DNA of 64,000 bases from Candidatus Marinacidobacterium sp. (GTDB lineage: Bacteria > Acidobacteriota > Vicinamibacteria > Marinacidobacterales > Marinacidobacteraceae). Of the stretch, positions 37,610 to 48,529 are shown in pieces. The stretch covers positions 448,001 to 512,000 of the forward strand of contig OZ244852.1 in the NCBI GenBank assembly GCA_965220965.1, read 5' to 3'. The notes under the pieces were generated by a model. It made no database searches. It worked only from the letters and a program-made list of their open reading frames with translations, and had not been told where the DNA came from. The stretch's first letter is position 1; each line of letters opens with the position of its first letter. The position numbers were made by a program, and so were the translations under genes.

Positions 37610-39688
37610 TCAGACGGGCGGATGGCCGGAGGGCGTCAAGCGCTCCCGGATCCGTGGCTGTTCGGGGTCGACTTCGAGGGAGCGCCGGAAGGCCTCGCGG
37701 GCCCTGTCCGGCTCCTGAAGCGCGAGAAAGGCTTCCCCGAGCGCATTCAGGACGCCGGGGCGCGGGGGCCCGAGCGTGGTGGCCCGCTCCAGGTGGACCA
37801 CGGCGCTCGGGTAGTTCTGTTTCAGATGGAACCCCAGGCCCAGCCCGACGGCTACCTCGTACTGGTCGCGGTGGGTGTGCTCGAGCGGGAGCAGCAGCGC
37901 GAGCGCCGCCTCGGCCCGGCCGGCGCGGAGGTGCGCGGCGGCCAGCTTCCACTTCGCCTGGGGAACCTCGGGGTCGCCTTCGGCCACCGCGCGCCGGAAG
38001 CTGGCCTCGGCCTCCGGGAAGCGGCCCTGCGCCCAGTGCTGGTCCCCGAGGACGACCTCCCGCAGCGCGGTCCGCTCCCAGTCGAAGCTGCGCCGGGCGA
38101 AGACCCCGGCGCGGGGAATCTGGCCGCGGGGCGAGACCACGACAGGCTCGCTGGCTTCAGCCAGCAGGGCGCCCGAGCCGTCGAGCAGCGCGACGCGGAA
38201 CCGGTAGCGCCCGGGGGCCACCCCCTCGAGCGGAAACGGTTCCGCGATCAGCCCAGGCTCGTCCTCGCGGACCGCTCGCCGGCGCTCCTGGACGACCTCT
38301 CCATCCAGCAGCAAGCTGAAGTCGATCTCCTGCGGAGGCGCGGCTGACAGCAACTGGAAGGCGCAGTGCAGGGTGTCGCCGATCGCGTAGACCCCGCCCG
38401 GCGCCGGGTGGATCCGGGTGGGCCCCGCCTGGAAGGTCCGGAAGGCTCCGGGGCCGTCCGGCATCGTCTCGGTCCGGAAGCCGAGCACCAGGTCGCTGAT
38501 CGCCGGTCGCCCGGGCGTCAGCTCCGGAACGCTCACCGGGCGTTCGGCCACCGTGTACTCCGAGGAGACGCGGTTGCGCAGGATCAGGATCACGTCGTAC
38601 TCGCCGGGAACGAGCGGCACGCCGTCCTGGTAGGCGAACGTCGAGCCGCGTACGCTCTCGAGCTGCTCGCCGCTCAACTGGACGAACGCCTCCTTCTCGT
38701 CGGCGAGGACGAGACGGCCGGCGGGGTCGGTCACCTCGAGGCTGGCGTCGAGCGTCGTGAAGGCGCGGGTTCCGTCGCGGTTCCGGTCGAGCGCCAGACG
38801 TTCCAGATCCACTTCCACGCTGAAGTGGAGGTAGGGGTTGCGCTGCGGCCCGAAGAGGACCGCGAAGCTGGCTTCGCTGGGAACGAAGTTGAACGAGTAC
38901 TCCGCCGAGACCCGGTTCCGGTAGCGCTCCCAGGCGTCGAGGTCGTCGTTCCGGATGGCGAGCGTCGGAGACGTCTCGATGCGCGCCAGGACGGCCGCCG
39001 AACCGAGCCCGACCGTGCCCCCCCGGAAATCGACCGGCTCGGAGGCGTCGATCGCCAGCGCGGCCCGGGCGAGCTCCGGCGAGATCTGCCGGAGCTGCTC
39101 CATGTCCTGTTCCGGGAAGGAGCGCGCCGGCCCCCGGAGCAGATCGCCCGGCACATCCGCGCCCGGCAGGAACAGACGGTAGTCGGCCGCCTCCTGCCTC
39201 CGGAAGAACACCAGATGGAAGAAGGAGGGGAGGTTGCGGGTCCGGTCGCCCTGGTAGAACCAGAGCTGCGTGTCGTAGAGGTTGTTGTGGAACTCGAAGT
39301 TCTCGATGCTCCGGGGAGGCCCGAGGAGGATGTGCATGCGCCCCCGGTCCGTTCGCCAGCCGGGAGCAAACGCTTCGCCCTGGAGTTCGCGGTTCGCGAA
39401 GTCGACGCGGCGTTCGTGCTCTTCCCTGAACTCGTTGTGCGGCGTTCCCGGGACCGGGTCGCGCTTCCGCCAGAACGCCTCGATGAAGCGCTCCCGCTCC
39501 AGCGGGCCGGAAAGCGAGGCGAAGACCTCCGCCTCCCGTTCGGTGATGATGTAGACGACCTCTTCCTCGAGCCAGCGACGGTCCTCGGCGGTCATCTCCT
39601 CCTGGCCGGCCGCGGCTGCGGGCTCGACCGCGGCCAGGACTCCGGCCGCCAGCAGCAGCGACGGCAGACGCGATGGCCGGACTTTCAG
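37610..39688 (-). CDS. GWxTD domain protein with C-terminal TPR repeats; CTG start inferred
   Basis: WLEEEVVYII, FWRKRDP, GWRTDRGRMHILLGPP and TPR helices. GGGAG lies 7 nt before the CTG that precedes the signal peptide. Confidence 0.85.
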   Translation of the reverse strand: MKVRPSRLPSLLLAAGVLAAVEPAAAAGQEEMTAEDRRWLEEEVVYIITEREAEVFASLSGPLERERFIEAFWRKRDPVPGTPHNEFREEHERRVDFANRELQGEAFAPGWRTDRGRMHILLGPPRSIENFEFHNNLYDTQLWFYQGDRTRNLPSFFHLVFFRRQEAADYRLFLPGADVPGDLLRGPARSFPEQDMEQLRQISPELARAALAIDASEPVDFRGGTVGLGSAAVLARIETSPTLAIRNDDLDAWERYRNRVSAEYSFNFVPSEASFAVLFGPQRNPYLHFSVEVDLERLALDRNRDGTRAFTTLDASLEVTDPAGRLVLADEKEAFVQLSGEQLESVRGSTFAYQDGVPLVPGEYDVILILRNRVSSEYTVAERPVSVPELTPGRPAISDLVLGFRTETMPDGPGAFRTFQAGPTRIHPAPGGVYAIGDTLHCAFQLLSAAPPQEIDFSLLLDGEVVQERRRAVREDEPGLIAEPFPLEGVAPGRYRFRVALLDGSGALLAEASEPVVVSPRGQIPRAGVFARRSFDWERTALREVVLGDQHWAQGRFPEAEASFRRAVAEGDPEVPQAKWKLAAAHLRAGRAEAALALLLPLEHTHRDQYEVAVGLGLGFHLKQNYPSAVVHLERATTLGPPRPGVLNALGEAFLALQEPDRAREAFRRSLEVDPEQPRIRERLTPSGHPPV

Positions 39689-39883
39689 ATGGAGGCTCCC
39701 GGGTGCGGAACGTAGCAGGGGCGCGGCGCGGAGGGCAATGCGGGCGGAGGCGCGCCCCGGCGGCGAACCCCCGGCGCGCGACCGCGCCGCAGCAGGTTGC
39801 GGCGCTTCCTGGCCTTCGGGTACATAATGGGGAAGGAGCCACTCGAGTCGGTCTTGGACTCTGATGACTCCAGGGAGTTGGTC

Positions 39884-42823
39884 ATGTCGCGATCCTTCGT
39901 TCTCGCTCTCGCTGGCGCCGTGCTCGGGACGGCGGTCGCCGCCCAGGAGTCGGCGACCCTCTCCGGTCGGGTGGAGGACACCTCGGGTGGAGCGCTGCCC
40001 GGCGTGACCGTCACCGTGACCGAGAACGCCACCGGGCGTTCGGACACCGTCGTGACCGACGCCGAGGGCGGCTTCCGGGTGGCCGCGCTTCCTCCCGGGG
40101 TCTACCGGGTGGAGGCGACGCTCTCGGGGTTCGCCAACATGCTCCTGCCCGAGATCGAGCTGCTCGTCGGGCAAAACGCCAGCGTCACGATCCAGATGGC
40201 GCTCGCCGGCGTCGAGGAGACGATCACGGTCACCGCGGAGTCGCCGCTGGTGGACCTGCTGTCCTCCGAAGTCGCCGGCAACGTGGACCGCCGGATGATG
40301 GAGGAGCTGCCGGTTCAGGGACGTAACTGGATGGAGCTCGCGCTGCTGGTGCGCGGCATCACCGCGAACGACACGAACAACAACCGTCCGGGCATCGCCC
40401 GCGACGAGAGCTTCCAGCTCAACCTGGACGGCCAGCAGATCACCCAGCAGGTGGCGAGTTCGTTCTTCGGCCAGCCCAAGTTCAGCCGGGAGGCGATCGC
40501 CGAGTTCCAGATCGTCACGAACCAGTTCGACATCACCCAGGGGCGCTCCTCCGGCGGCCAGGTGAACGCGATCACCCGGTCCGGGACGAACGACTTCACG
40601 ATGAGCGCCTACGGCTACTTCCGGGACGACCGCTTCAACGCCGAGGACCATGTTGCCGAGCGCGTGCTTCCGTTCGAGAACCAGCAGATTGGCGGCGTCA
40701 TAGGCGGCCCGATCGTCGAGGACCGGATCCACTACTTCCTGTCCTACGAATACGAGCGGCAGCCGGGCAGCGTCTTCGTGGAGCCGCCCCGCCTCCCGGG
40801 ACAGGAGTGGGTGTTCGACACGCCGCAATACCAGAACAGCTTCACCGCCCGGGTGGACCAGACGGCGTCCGACAACGATCAGCTCTCCTACCGCATGTCC
40901 TACTGGGACTTCGAGACCGCGTTCGACATGACGAGCACGCAGCATCCCTCGAACGCGCGGGCGCGGACGCAGGACTCGCTGAACGCCCTCGCGACCTGGA
41001 CGCGCCGGTGGAACGACGAGGTCTTCACCGAGCTCAAGATCGGCTACAACGGCTTCGAATGGTCGAACCTGCTGGCCGACACCTCGGTCGGGGGTTGCGA
41101 CCAGTCCTTCGGAAACCAGCAGATGGATCAGACCACCTGCCAGCCCAACTACGTCTTCCCGGGGATCACCTTCGGCGGTCCGCGGAACTTCCCCCAACTG
41201 TTCACGCAGGATCTCGGTTCCGCGCGCTTCCAGTTGAACTGGAGCCGCGAGAACCACGACTGGAAGATCGGCGGCGAGTTCCTCGGCTGGGTTGACGGCG
41301 GTGAGTGGCACCTGCTCGAGCGCGGCGAGTTCATCTTCAACTCGAGGCCGGACGACCTCGACCGCCGGTTCCCGCAGGAGTGCGCCTTCAACCCCTCGTG
41401 CTGGGACGTCAGCGGGCTCGATGCGACGGTGGCCCGCTTCAGCCAGAACGTCGGCAACTGGGTCATCGACATCCCGCGGCCCACGGTCGCCTTCTGGGTG
41501 GGAGACACCTGGCGCATGTCGGAGGAACTGGTCGTGAACTTCGGCCTCCGCTACGACCTCGACTGGGGCGCGCTGGCTCCTCCCGGCAACGACATCATGA
41601 CGCCCTTCGCGGGCGCCAGTTCAGGCCGGAGCGCCGGCGACTCGCTCTACAAGTGGGACATCCGGGATCTGGACAACTTCGCGCCGCGCGCGGGTTTCGC
41701 GTATGACGTGGGCGGGACCGGCGATCTGGTCATCCGCGGCGGATCGGGCATCTACCACACGATCAGCGTTTCGAACGTTACGTTCAGCCAGCAGTCATTC
41801 AACGGGCAGCGGATCCTGGTGAACTCGTTCCCGAACGACGGGCTTCCCGGTTTCCTCCAGGACCCGACGCGCGGGGTGACGCCCGCGCAGATCCTGAATG
41901 GGGAGGTTCCGGTGCCGCCGCAGGCGCCGCGGACCATCGCCCACGACTTTCAGATGCCCTACACCTGGCAGACTTCGATCGGCTTCCAGAAGCAGTTTGG
42001 TCTGCTGTGGGGTTTCGAGTCCGACCTGCTCTACTGGCACGAATACAACACGCCCCGCGCCACCGATCCGAACCAGATCTTTGATCCGGTGACGGGTTAC
42101 AACCTCAATATCGGCGAGTTTGGCCGGCTGGACCCCAAGTTCACGCAGATCCGTTACATCGAGAGCACCGGCGAACAGGATTACCTCGCGCTCTCGAGTG
42201 GCCTGCGCCGACGGTTTGGTGACAACTTCCAGGTCAACCTGACCCATACCATCATGTTCTGGAAGGAGGACGACACCACCGGCTGGTTCAACTTCCCGAA
42301 CAACACCTTCGATCCGGACTCCGAGTGGGCCACCTCGCTCGACTTCCAGCGAAACACGTTCCGGATCAACGGCGTCTACCAGTTGCCCTGGGACTTCACG
42401 GTCTCGGGCGCCTACTTCTACGGCTCCGGGAACCGGTTCGCCACCTCGATCGGAGGACGCCCCTTCGGCAAGACGGCGAGCACCAACCGGCTGAACCTGG
42501 GTGACCCGATTACAGTGAATCCCGACATGCTGTCGCGATTCGACGGGCCGTCCACGATCGGCTCCGGTCCCGGAAACGAGGCGCCGCGAAACGCGCTCAT
42601 GGGCGAGGCGATCCACAAGGTGGACTTCCGGCTGACCAAGTCGCTGGTGCTGGGAGACATCCGGATCTCGGCCATCGCCGAGGTGTTCAACCTGCTGAAC
42701 CACGCCAACCACGGCGCCTACAACGGGACGATCGACTCGAGCACGTTTGGGGAGCCCCGTCAGGTGACCTCCACGGCCTACGGGCCGCGCGCCGCCCAGT
42801 TCGCCGTCCGCATCGAGTACTGA
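39884..42823 (+). CDS. TonB-dependent receptor (Oar-like, carboxypeptidase-regulatory N-domain)
   Basis: GRVEDTSGGALPGVTV, LPVQGRN, NAITRSGTN, NFGLRYD, NFAPRAGFAYD and C-terminal QFAVRIEY. Confidence 0.92.
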   Translation: MSRSFVLALAGAVLGTAVAAQESATLSGRVEDTSGGALPGVTVTVTENATGRSDTVVTDAEGGFRVAALPPGVYRVEATLSGFANMLLPEIELLVGQNASVTIQMALAGVEETITVTAESPLVDLLSSEVAGNVDRRMMEELPVQGRNWMELALLVRGITANDTNNNRPGIARDESFQLNLDGQQITQQVASSFFGQPKFSREAIAEFQIVTNQFDITQGRSSGGQVNAITRSGTNDFTMSAYGYFRDDRFNAEDHVAERVLPFENQQIGGVIGGPIVEDRIHYFLSYEYERQPGSVFVEPPRLPGQEWVFDTPQYQNSFTARVDQTASDNDQLSYRMSYWDFETAFDMTSTQHPSNARARTQDSLNALATWTRRWNDEVFTELKIGYNGFEWSNLLADTSVGGCDQSFGNQQMDQTTCQPNYVFPGITFGGPRNFPQLFTQDLGSARFQLNWSRENHDWKIGGEFLGWVDGGEWHLLERGEFIFNSRPDDLDRRFPQECAFNPSCWDVSGLDATVARFSQNVGNWVIDIPRPTVAFWVGDTWRMSEELVVNFGLRYDLDWGALAPPGNDIMTPFAGASSGRSAGDSLYKWDIRDLDNFAPRAGFAYDVGGTGDLVIRGGSGIYHTISVSNVTFSQQSFNGQRILVNSFPNDGLPGFLQDPTRGVTPAQILNGEVPVPPQAPRTIAHDFQMPYTWQTSIGFQKQFGLLWGFESDLLYWHEYNTPRATDPNQIFDPVTGYNLNIGEFGRLDPKFTQIRYIESTGEQDYLALSSGLRRRFGDNFQVNLTHTIMFWKEDDTTGWFNFPNNTFDPDSEWATSLDFQRNTFRINGVYQLPWDFTVSGAYFYGSGNRFATSIGGRPFGKTASTNRLNLGDPITVNPDMLSRFDGPSTIGSGPGNEAPRNALMGEAIHKVDFRLTKSLVLGDIRISAIAEVFNLLNHANHGAYNGTIDSSTFGEPRQVTSTAYGPRAAQFAVRIEY

Positions 42824-42854
42824 CCGGCGCGGCGCTCCCGCGCCGCCAGCCCAC

Positions 42855-42881
42855 GCCCGGGCGGGACCAACCCGCCCGGGC
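42855..42881. terminator. 11-bp GC hairpin, probable terminator between convergent genes
   Basis: GCCCGGGCGGG-accaa-CCCGCCCGGGC, without a U-tract. Confidence 0.55.
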
Positions 42882-42916
42882 CGTCCTCTCAGGGGATCAG
42901 TCAGGGGTGGTTCGTT

Positions 42917-43105
42917 TTACTCCTTGGCGAGGTCCATCGCGAAGAGGACGAAGGCTCCCAGGATGGCGAGGGGAATCACCAGGAGCCATGCCTTGACGGC
43001 GACTTCGATGACGGGAACGACAGAGATGATCTCGTCGAATATGGCCCAGGCTGTCTTGATGTCTTCCCATGAGGGGGGCGTCGTGGCGGAGAGAAGTGAT
43101 GTCAT
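42917..43105 (-). CDS. Small (62 aa) membrane protein
   Basis: GGAGG RBS before the ATG at 43105 and a hydrophobic C-terminal half. Confidence 0.55.
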   Translation of the reverse strand: MTSLLSATTPPSWEDIKTAWAIFDEIISVVPVIEVAVKAWLLVIPLAILGAFVLFAMDLAKE

Positions 43106-43142
43106 GTGCTGGTCCTCCAGTGTGGGTTGGGTAGCGTCGCTC

Positions 43143-44504
43143 TCAGGCTGCTGAGGCGTCCGAGGCGCGGTAGACGGCAAGCGACCGGACGGAGTCCGGG
43201 TCGGGGGATTCGTCGGGGTCGCCGACGTCTGCGGCGAGTTGTCGAACCGCCGTCGGTACGGGCTCCAGTTGGGGAAGATCCGACCCGGCCTTCTGCATTT
43301 CCTCGAGCCGGCGAGCGGTTGGGAGAAGGCGATGCTCGAACGACCCCACGCTGGCGTTGTACCGCTTCACCGCAGTGTGGAGCGATGAACCCAGGTCGCG
43401 GAGATGTCCGGTGAACTTCCGGACGCGCTCCACGAGCTCGCGGCCGAGGGTGGCGAGCTCCTTCATGTCGTCCGCGAGGCTTTGCTGTCGCCATCCCCAC
43501 GCCACCGCCTTCGCCAGCGCGATGAACGTCATGGGCGTCGCGATCAGGACCTGACGCTCGGCGGCGTACTCGAAGAGTTCCGCGTCGACCTCCAGCGCCC
43601 CGGCGAAGAGTGCTTCGCCTGGCAGGAACATGACGACGAAGTCGGGCGAGGTGCTGAGCGCGTTCCAGTACTCCTTCGAGGACAGCGCCTCCACATGGGT
43701 GCGGAGCTGGCGGGCGTGCCGGGTCAGCGCGGCCCGCCGCGCCGCCTCGCTCTCGGCCTCCGCGCCCGCGAGATAGGCCTCGAGGGGCGTCTTCGCGTCC
43801 ACCACCACGGACCGCTCGCCCGGCAGCCGCACGACGGCGTCCGGCCGCAGCGCCCCGTCCGGGTTGCGGAGCCCGGGCTGCTCCTCGAAGTCCACGTTCT
43901 CGAGCATCCCGGCCATTTCCAGCACCCGGCGCAACTGGACCTCGCCCCATCGCCCCCGGGTCTGCGGCCGGCGAAGCGCCTTGACCAGGCGTCCGGTCTC
44001 GTTCTCGAGTCTCCTCTGGCTCGCCGCCAGGTTCTTCACCTGCTCGCTGACCGTTCCGTAGGCCCCCTCGCGCTTCGACTCCAGCTCCTGAACGCTCTTC
44101 TCGAACTTGCCCAGGGCTTTCCCCAGTGGGTCCACGACGGCCTCGAGCTTCCTGTGGCGCGCCTTCATCTCCTCGCTGGCGGCGGTCTGGTGTCTCTGGA
44201 AGCGCTCGCTCACCAGCTTCAGGAAGTCCTCCCCGCTCTGCCGGAGCGCCTCGCTCGAGAGCGCGGCGAACTTCGTCTCGACCTCTTCGCCGAGCGCCCG
44301 CAGACCAGCGACCTCGGAGCTGTGGAGCCGTCGCTCGGATTCGAGCGAGGCCTTCGCGGCGGCGGCCTCCTCCCGGGCGGTTTCGAGGCGCTCCCTGAGT
44401 GGCGTCAGGCGCCGGTTCGATGCGATTGCGGCGAGGAGGGCGCCGGCGGCGAGCCCCAGCAGCAGCGCTCCCGCGATCAGGCTGATTGACATCGTCGTAT
44501 CCAT
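43143..44504 (-). CDS. rmuC: DNA recombination protein RmuC
   Basis: N-terminal TM and coiled coil, RGRWGEVQL, RPDAVVRLP..VVDAK and DFVVMFLPGE. Confidence 0.93.
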   Translation of the reverse strand: MDTTMSISLIAGALLLGLAAGALLAAIASNRRLTPLRERLETAREEAAAAKASLESERRLHSSEVAGLRALGEEVETKFAALSSEALRQSGEDFLKLVSERFQRHQTAASEEMKARHRKLEAVVDPLGKALGKFEKSVQELESKREGAYGTVSEQVKNLAASQRRLENETGRLVKALRRPQTRGRWGEVQLRRVLEMAGMLENVDFEEQPGLRNPDGALRPDAVVRLPGERSVVVDAKTPLEAYLAGAEAESEAARRAALTRHARQLRTHVEALSSKEYWNALSTSPDFVVMFLPGEALFAGALEVDAELFEYAAERQVLIATPMTFIALAKAVAWGWRQQSLADDMKELATLGRELVERVRKFTGHLRDLGSSLHTAVKRYNASVGSFEHRLLPTARRLEEMQKAGSDLPQLEPVPTAVRQLAADVGDPDESPDPDSVRSLAVYRASDASAA

Positions 44505-44726
44505 GCCCGAGAGGTTAGGGGGTGGCCGGGTCAGAACATGTCACCCCCGCGAGCGACTCTCCCGCGGACCTCCCGGCCGGGGTCCGCTCCCGCCGTTACA
44601 CTTCGCCGCGTTCGTCCCGCCGGCGCCGGGGGGCGAGCTCCCGACCGTGCGTTCACCGGCGCCCGGGTCTTCGTTCCCGACCAGCGCCGGAGACCGCCGC
44701 ATCTTGTTGCGTAAGGAGAGCCCGGA

Positions 44727-47003
44727 TTGATCCGCAAACAGGACGCCCTCGAGTACCACCGGAAAGGCCGCCCGGGCAAGATCGAGGTCCACCCCTCGAA
44801 GCCCACCCGGACCCAGCGCGACCTCTCGCTCGCCTACAGCCCGGGAGTCGCCGAGCCGTGCCGGGACATCCACGAGCGCCCGGAAGACGTCTTCGAGTAC
44901 ACCGCCAAGGGGAACCTGGTCGCCGTGGTCTCGAACGGGACGGCGGTCCTCGGGCTCGGGAACATCGGACCGCTGGCGGCCAAGCCGGTCATGGAAGGGA
45001 AGGGGGTGCTGTTCAAGCGCTTCGCCGACATCGATGTGTTCGACATCGAGCTGAACGTCACCGAGCCCGACGAGGTCGTGCGGGTCGTGAAGGCGCTCGA
45101 GCCCACCTTCGGGGGCATCAACCTCGAGGACATCAAGGCGCCCGACTGCTTCCACATCGAGAGCCGTCTGCGCGAGGAGATGGAGATCCCCGTCTTTCAC
45201 GATGACCAGCACGGCACCGCGATCATCTCGGGAGCGGCGTTCCTGAGCTGGCTCGAGCTCACCGGGAAGGACCCGGCGGAGGTCGTCATCGTCATCAACG
45301 GGGCCGGCGCCGCCGGGATCGCCTGCGCCGAGCTGGCGGAGAGCCTGGGAGTCCGGCACGAGCACATCGTGATGTGCGACTCGCGGGGCGTGATCCACCA
45401 GGGCCGCTCCTCGGGCATGAACGAGTTCAAGGAGCGCTACGCGCTCGACACCTCGGCGCGCACCCTCGAGGACGCCATGCGGGGCGCGGATGTCTTCATG
45501 GGCCTTTCGGTCGCCGGCGCGGTGTCGAAGGAGATGGTCGTCTCGATGCGCGAGCAGCCGCTCGTGATGGCGATGGCCAACCCCGATCCCGAGATCACCT
45601 GGGAGGACGCCAACGAGGCCCGTTCCGATGTCTTCATGGCGACCGGACGATCCGACTACCCGAACCAGGTGAACAACGTCCTCGGTTTCCCCTTCATCTT
45701 CCGCGGCGCGCTCGATGTGCGGGCGCGCTCGATCAACATGGAGATGAAGCTGGCCGCGGCCCGGGCGCTGGCGGCGCTGACCCGGGAGGACGTCCCGGAC
45801 TCGGTCATGCAGGCCCACGGCAAGGAACGCATGCAGTTCGGCCCGGAGTACCTCATCCCGTCCCCGTTCGACACCCGGGTTCTGCTCTGGGAGGCGCCCG
45901 CCGTCGCCCGCGCCGCGGTGGACAGCGGCGTGGCGCGCATCGGGCTGGACGAAGAGGAGTACGTGGCCCGCCTCGAGGCCCGCCTCGGACTCGAGCGCGA
46001 GGTCATGCGCAAGATGGTCAGCCGCGCCCGCAAGGTGAAGCGCTCGGTCGTCTTTCCCGAGGGGGAGGAGCCGAAGATCCTGCGCGCCGCCCAGCGCCTG
46101 ATCGACGAGAACATCGCCCGTCCCATCCTGATCGGCGATCCGGAGGCCATCCGCGAGCGCTGCGAGGCCCTCGACGTGGACATCGGCGACACCGCGATCG
46201 TCGCCGCCGGCGACAGCGCCCCCCGCGCCGATGTCTACGCGAAGGAACTGGCGGCGCTGCGGCAGCGGCGGGGCGTGGGCGTCCAGAAGGCCCGGGAGCT
46301 CCTGCGCAATCCGAGCTACTTCGGCGCGATGATGGTCCACCTCGGCGACGCCGACGCGATGGTGGCGGGGATCACCCAGAACTACCCGGAGACGATCCGT
46401 CCCGCGCTCCAGATCGTTCGCACCCGACCCGATGTGCGCCGGGTGGCGGGCGTCTACCTGATGGTGCTTCCGAACGAGCTCAAGTTCTTCGCCGACGCCA
46501 CGGTGAACATCGATCCGGACGCCGACACCCTCGCCGAAATCGCGATCCAGGCCGCCGAAGTGGCGCGCCGGTTCGACGTCGAGCCCCGGGTCGCGATGCT
46601 CTCCTTCTCGAACTTCGGCAGCGCTCCCCACCCCCGCTCGAACAAGGTGCGGGCCGCCGTCGAGATCCTCCGGGAGCGTGCGCCGGACCTCGTCGTCGAC
46701 GGCGAAATGCAGGCCGACACCGCCGTCGTCGAGGACATCCTGAACAAGACCTACCCGTTCTCGCGGCTCGACCGCGCGGCGAACGTGCTCGTCTTCCCCA
46801 GCCTCGAGGCCGGCAACGTGGCCTACAAGCTCATGCAGCGGCTCGGGGGCGCGGAGGCCATCGGACCGCTCGTCACCGGCCTGCGCCGGCCGGTCCATGT
46901 GCTCCAGCGGAACGCCGGCGTCGAGGAGATCGTGAACGTGGTCGCGATCGCCGCCGTCGAGGCGCAGCACAACCCCGGGGCCAAGCCGCTGTTCCCCGCC
47001 TGA
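44727..47003 (+). CDS. maeB: NADP-dependent malic enzyme with phosphotransacetylase-like domain
   Basis: [43 protein letters not shown] and a PTA domain (VFPEGE, DGEMQAD). Confidence 0.96.
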   Translation: MIRKQDALEYHRKGRPGKIEVHPSKPTRTQRDLSLAYSPGVAEPCRDIHERPEDVFEYTAKGNLVAVVSNGTAVLGLGNIGPLAAKPVMEGKGVLFKRFADIDVFDIELNVTEPDEVVRVVKALEPTFGGINLEDIKAPDCFHIESRLREEMEIPVFHDDQHGTAIISGAAFLSWLELTGKDPAEVVIVINGAGAAGIACAELAESLGVRHEHIVMCDSRGVIHQGRSSGMNEFKERYALDTSARTLEDAMRGADVFMGLSVAGAVSKEMVVSMREQPLVMAMANPDPEITWEDANEARSDVFMATGRSDYPNQVNNVLGFPFIFRGALDVRARSINMEMKLAAARALAALTREDVPDSVMQAHGKERMQFGPEYLIPSPFDTRVLLWEAPAVARAAVDSGVARIGLDEEEYVARLEARLGLEREVMRKMVSRARKVKRSVVFPEGEEPKILRAAQRLIDENIARPILIGDPEAIRERCEALDVDIGDTAIVAAGDSAPRADVYAKELAALRQRRGVGVQKARELLRNPSYFGAMMVHLGDADAMVAGITQNYPETIRPALQIVRTRPDVRRVAGVYLMVLPNELKFFADATVNIDPDADTLAEIAIQAAEVARRFDVEPRVAMLSFSNFGSAPHPRSNKVRAAVEILRERAPDLVVDGEMQADTAVVEDILNKTYPFSRLDRAANVLVFPSLEAGNVAYKLMQRLGGAEAIGPLVTGLRRPVHVLQRNAGVEEIVNVVAIAAVEAQHNPGAKPLFPA

Positions 47004-47031
47004 TCCGTCACCCGGACGGACGAGGCATCCG

Positions 47032-48441
47032 TCAGTCCTCCGGATTGCGCGCGGGTTTCGCGCTCTCGTTCGGCCCTGGACGGATGCTGCCGAGAGTGAA
47101 CATCCCGACGGGACCCTCGACCAGCGGATCGAGTCCCGTCGCCTTCGCGAAGACTCTCGGGTCGCTCGTCCCGACCGCGCACGGGGCGAGGCCGAGGGCG
47201 GTCGCGGCCAGATAGAGCGTCTGGTAGAGGACGCCGGCGTCCCGCAGGATCAGCCCGTAGCCGATCGAGTGGTACCGGCGCATCATCCGGGCGAAGCGGG
47301 CCGCCACCACCAGCACGACCTGGGGGGGCGCCCGGACCCCGAGCGAGGCGCTGGCCAGCTCGATGAGCTGTCGTGATTCCGGGGTGGGTCCGGCGATCCG
47401 GCCCAGCTCGTGCCGCGTCGCATCGTAGTGATAGAGGCCGGCGTCGAGGCCCCGGCAGGTGCGGATGACCGGATAGATCTCGAGCTCGTAGCGGGCGCCC
47501 GCGCCCGGATACGGTGGCCCCTCGGTCGGTCCGGTTCGGGGCGCCCGAGCCCGGTCACCGCCCGCCGGGAAGGAGCGGGGCCGCACCCTCGCCGCCAGAT
47601 CGAGCAGCCGACCCAGGTCTTCCGCGGTCATCGGTCGCTCATCCGCCCACTCGCGGAGCGAGCGGCGGCGCGCCATCAGCGCGCCGAGCGCGTCCGGACC
47701 GGAAGCCCCCCCTCCGGTGGCGAGCGGGATCCCCGGGCCCGTCCCGGGCCCCCGGGGCGTCGAGGCCGGCGACGGGGCATCGAGGTTCGGCGGTTTCTTG
47801 CCGACGGGATCGTGGGTCCAGCCGATGCTCTGATGGAAGTGGAAGTGGAGGTCGTGGAAGTCCCAGTCGGCGAGCGCTTCCGCCGGATGCGTTCCGGGCG
47901 CCGCCTCCAGGAAACCCGCCGCGTCGAGGGCCCTTCGCACGACCGGCGATTCCAGCGCCCGAAGGTCGGGGAGCGCGAATCGCGCGCCGACCAGCGGTGA
48001 TTCGAGGAGCCAGCCTCCTTCGCCTCGCGGCCGCAGGCAGGCCATCCGGTGCAGGCCCCGCTCCGGATCCGGTTCGCGGGCCGCCAGCGCCGGAACGAAC
48101 TCCCTCCACTGCGGCGACACGACAGCGCGTTCGGCGTCCCCGTCCATGAGCGGGAACTCGATGGCGCCGAGCCGCGTCAGCCGCTGCAGCGTGAGCAGGA
48201 CTTCCACGGCGCGCTCGACGCCGCCCGCGCCGATGGCGTGATCCCTGAGTTCCGCCAGCGAGGCGCCCGCGCTCAACCGGGCGGCCACCAGCCGGAACGC
48301 GTCCGGCGTCTTCAGGCGGCCGACGGTCCGTCCCTTCGGCCGCAGTTCGACGGCGTCCCGGTCTCCGGTTTCGCCGAGGTCGACCTCCCGCGAAAGCCGA
48401 AGATGGATCGCCGGCTCGTTCGTCAGATCAGGGAACGACAT
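47032..48441 (-). CDS. SagB/ThcOx family FMN-dependent azoline oxidase (TOMM dehydrogenase) with N-terminal extension
   Basis: WDFHDLHFH, RRRSLR, YPGAGARYELEIY, GLYHYD, RMMRRY...LRDAGVLYQTLYLAATALGLAPCAVG. Confidence 0.9.
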   Translation of the reverse strand: MSFPDLTNEPAIHLRLSREVDLGETGDRDAVELRPKGRTVGRLKTPDAFRLVAARLSAGASLAELRDHAIGAGGVERAVEVLLTLQRLTRLGAIEFPLMDGDAERAVVSPQWREFVPALAAREPDPERGLHRMACLRPRGEGGWLLESPLVGARFALPDLRALESPVVRRALDAAGFLEAAPGTHPAEALADWDFHDLHFHFHQSIGWTHDPVGKKPPNLDAPSPASTPRGPGTGPGIPLATGGGASGPDALGALMARRRSLREWADERPMTAEDLGRLLDLAARVRPRSFPAGGDRARAPRTGPTEGPPYPGAGARYELEIYPVIRTCRGLDAGLYHYDATRHELGRIAGPTPESRQLIELASASLGVRAPPQVVLVVAARFARMMRRYHSIGYGLILRDAGVLYQTLYLAATALGLAPCAVGTSDPRVFAKATGLDPLVEGPVGMFTLGSIRPGPNESAKPARNPED

Positions 48442-48529
48442 GGCTGAGGCGCTCCTTTGAGGAGCGCCGGAAAGAGGCGAGACCGCCACCGCGCGAATGG
48501 TACGATCGGCGTCGCCTGCGGAGGGCGGA

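Noticed and set aside
39689-41311. N-terminal extension of the 1233-aa GWxTD ORF
   Set aside because: Antisense to the TonB-dependent receptor and typical of high-GC shadow frames.
44541-46970. 809-aa antisense ORF and similar long antisense ORFs (e.g. 27463-29370, 55733-58213, 15302-17026)
   Set aside because: Mirror frames of well-supported genes with no recognisable motifs.
47004-47020. 6-bp hairpin after maeB, and an imperfect hairpin at ~51085-51111, as terminators
   Set aside because: Too short or imperfect to distinguish from chance in high-GC DNA.
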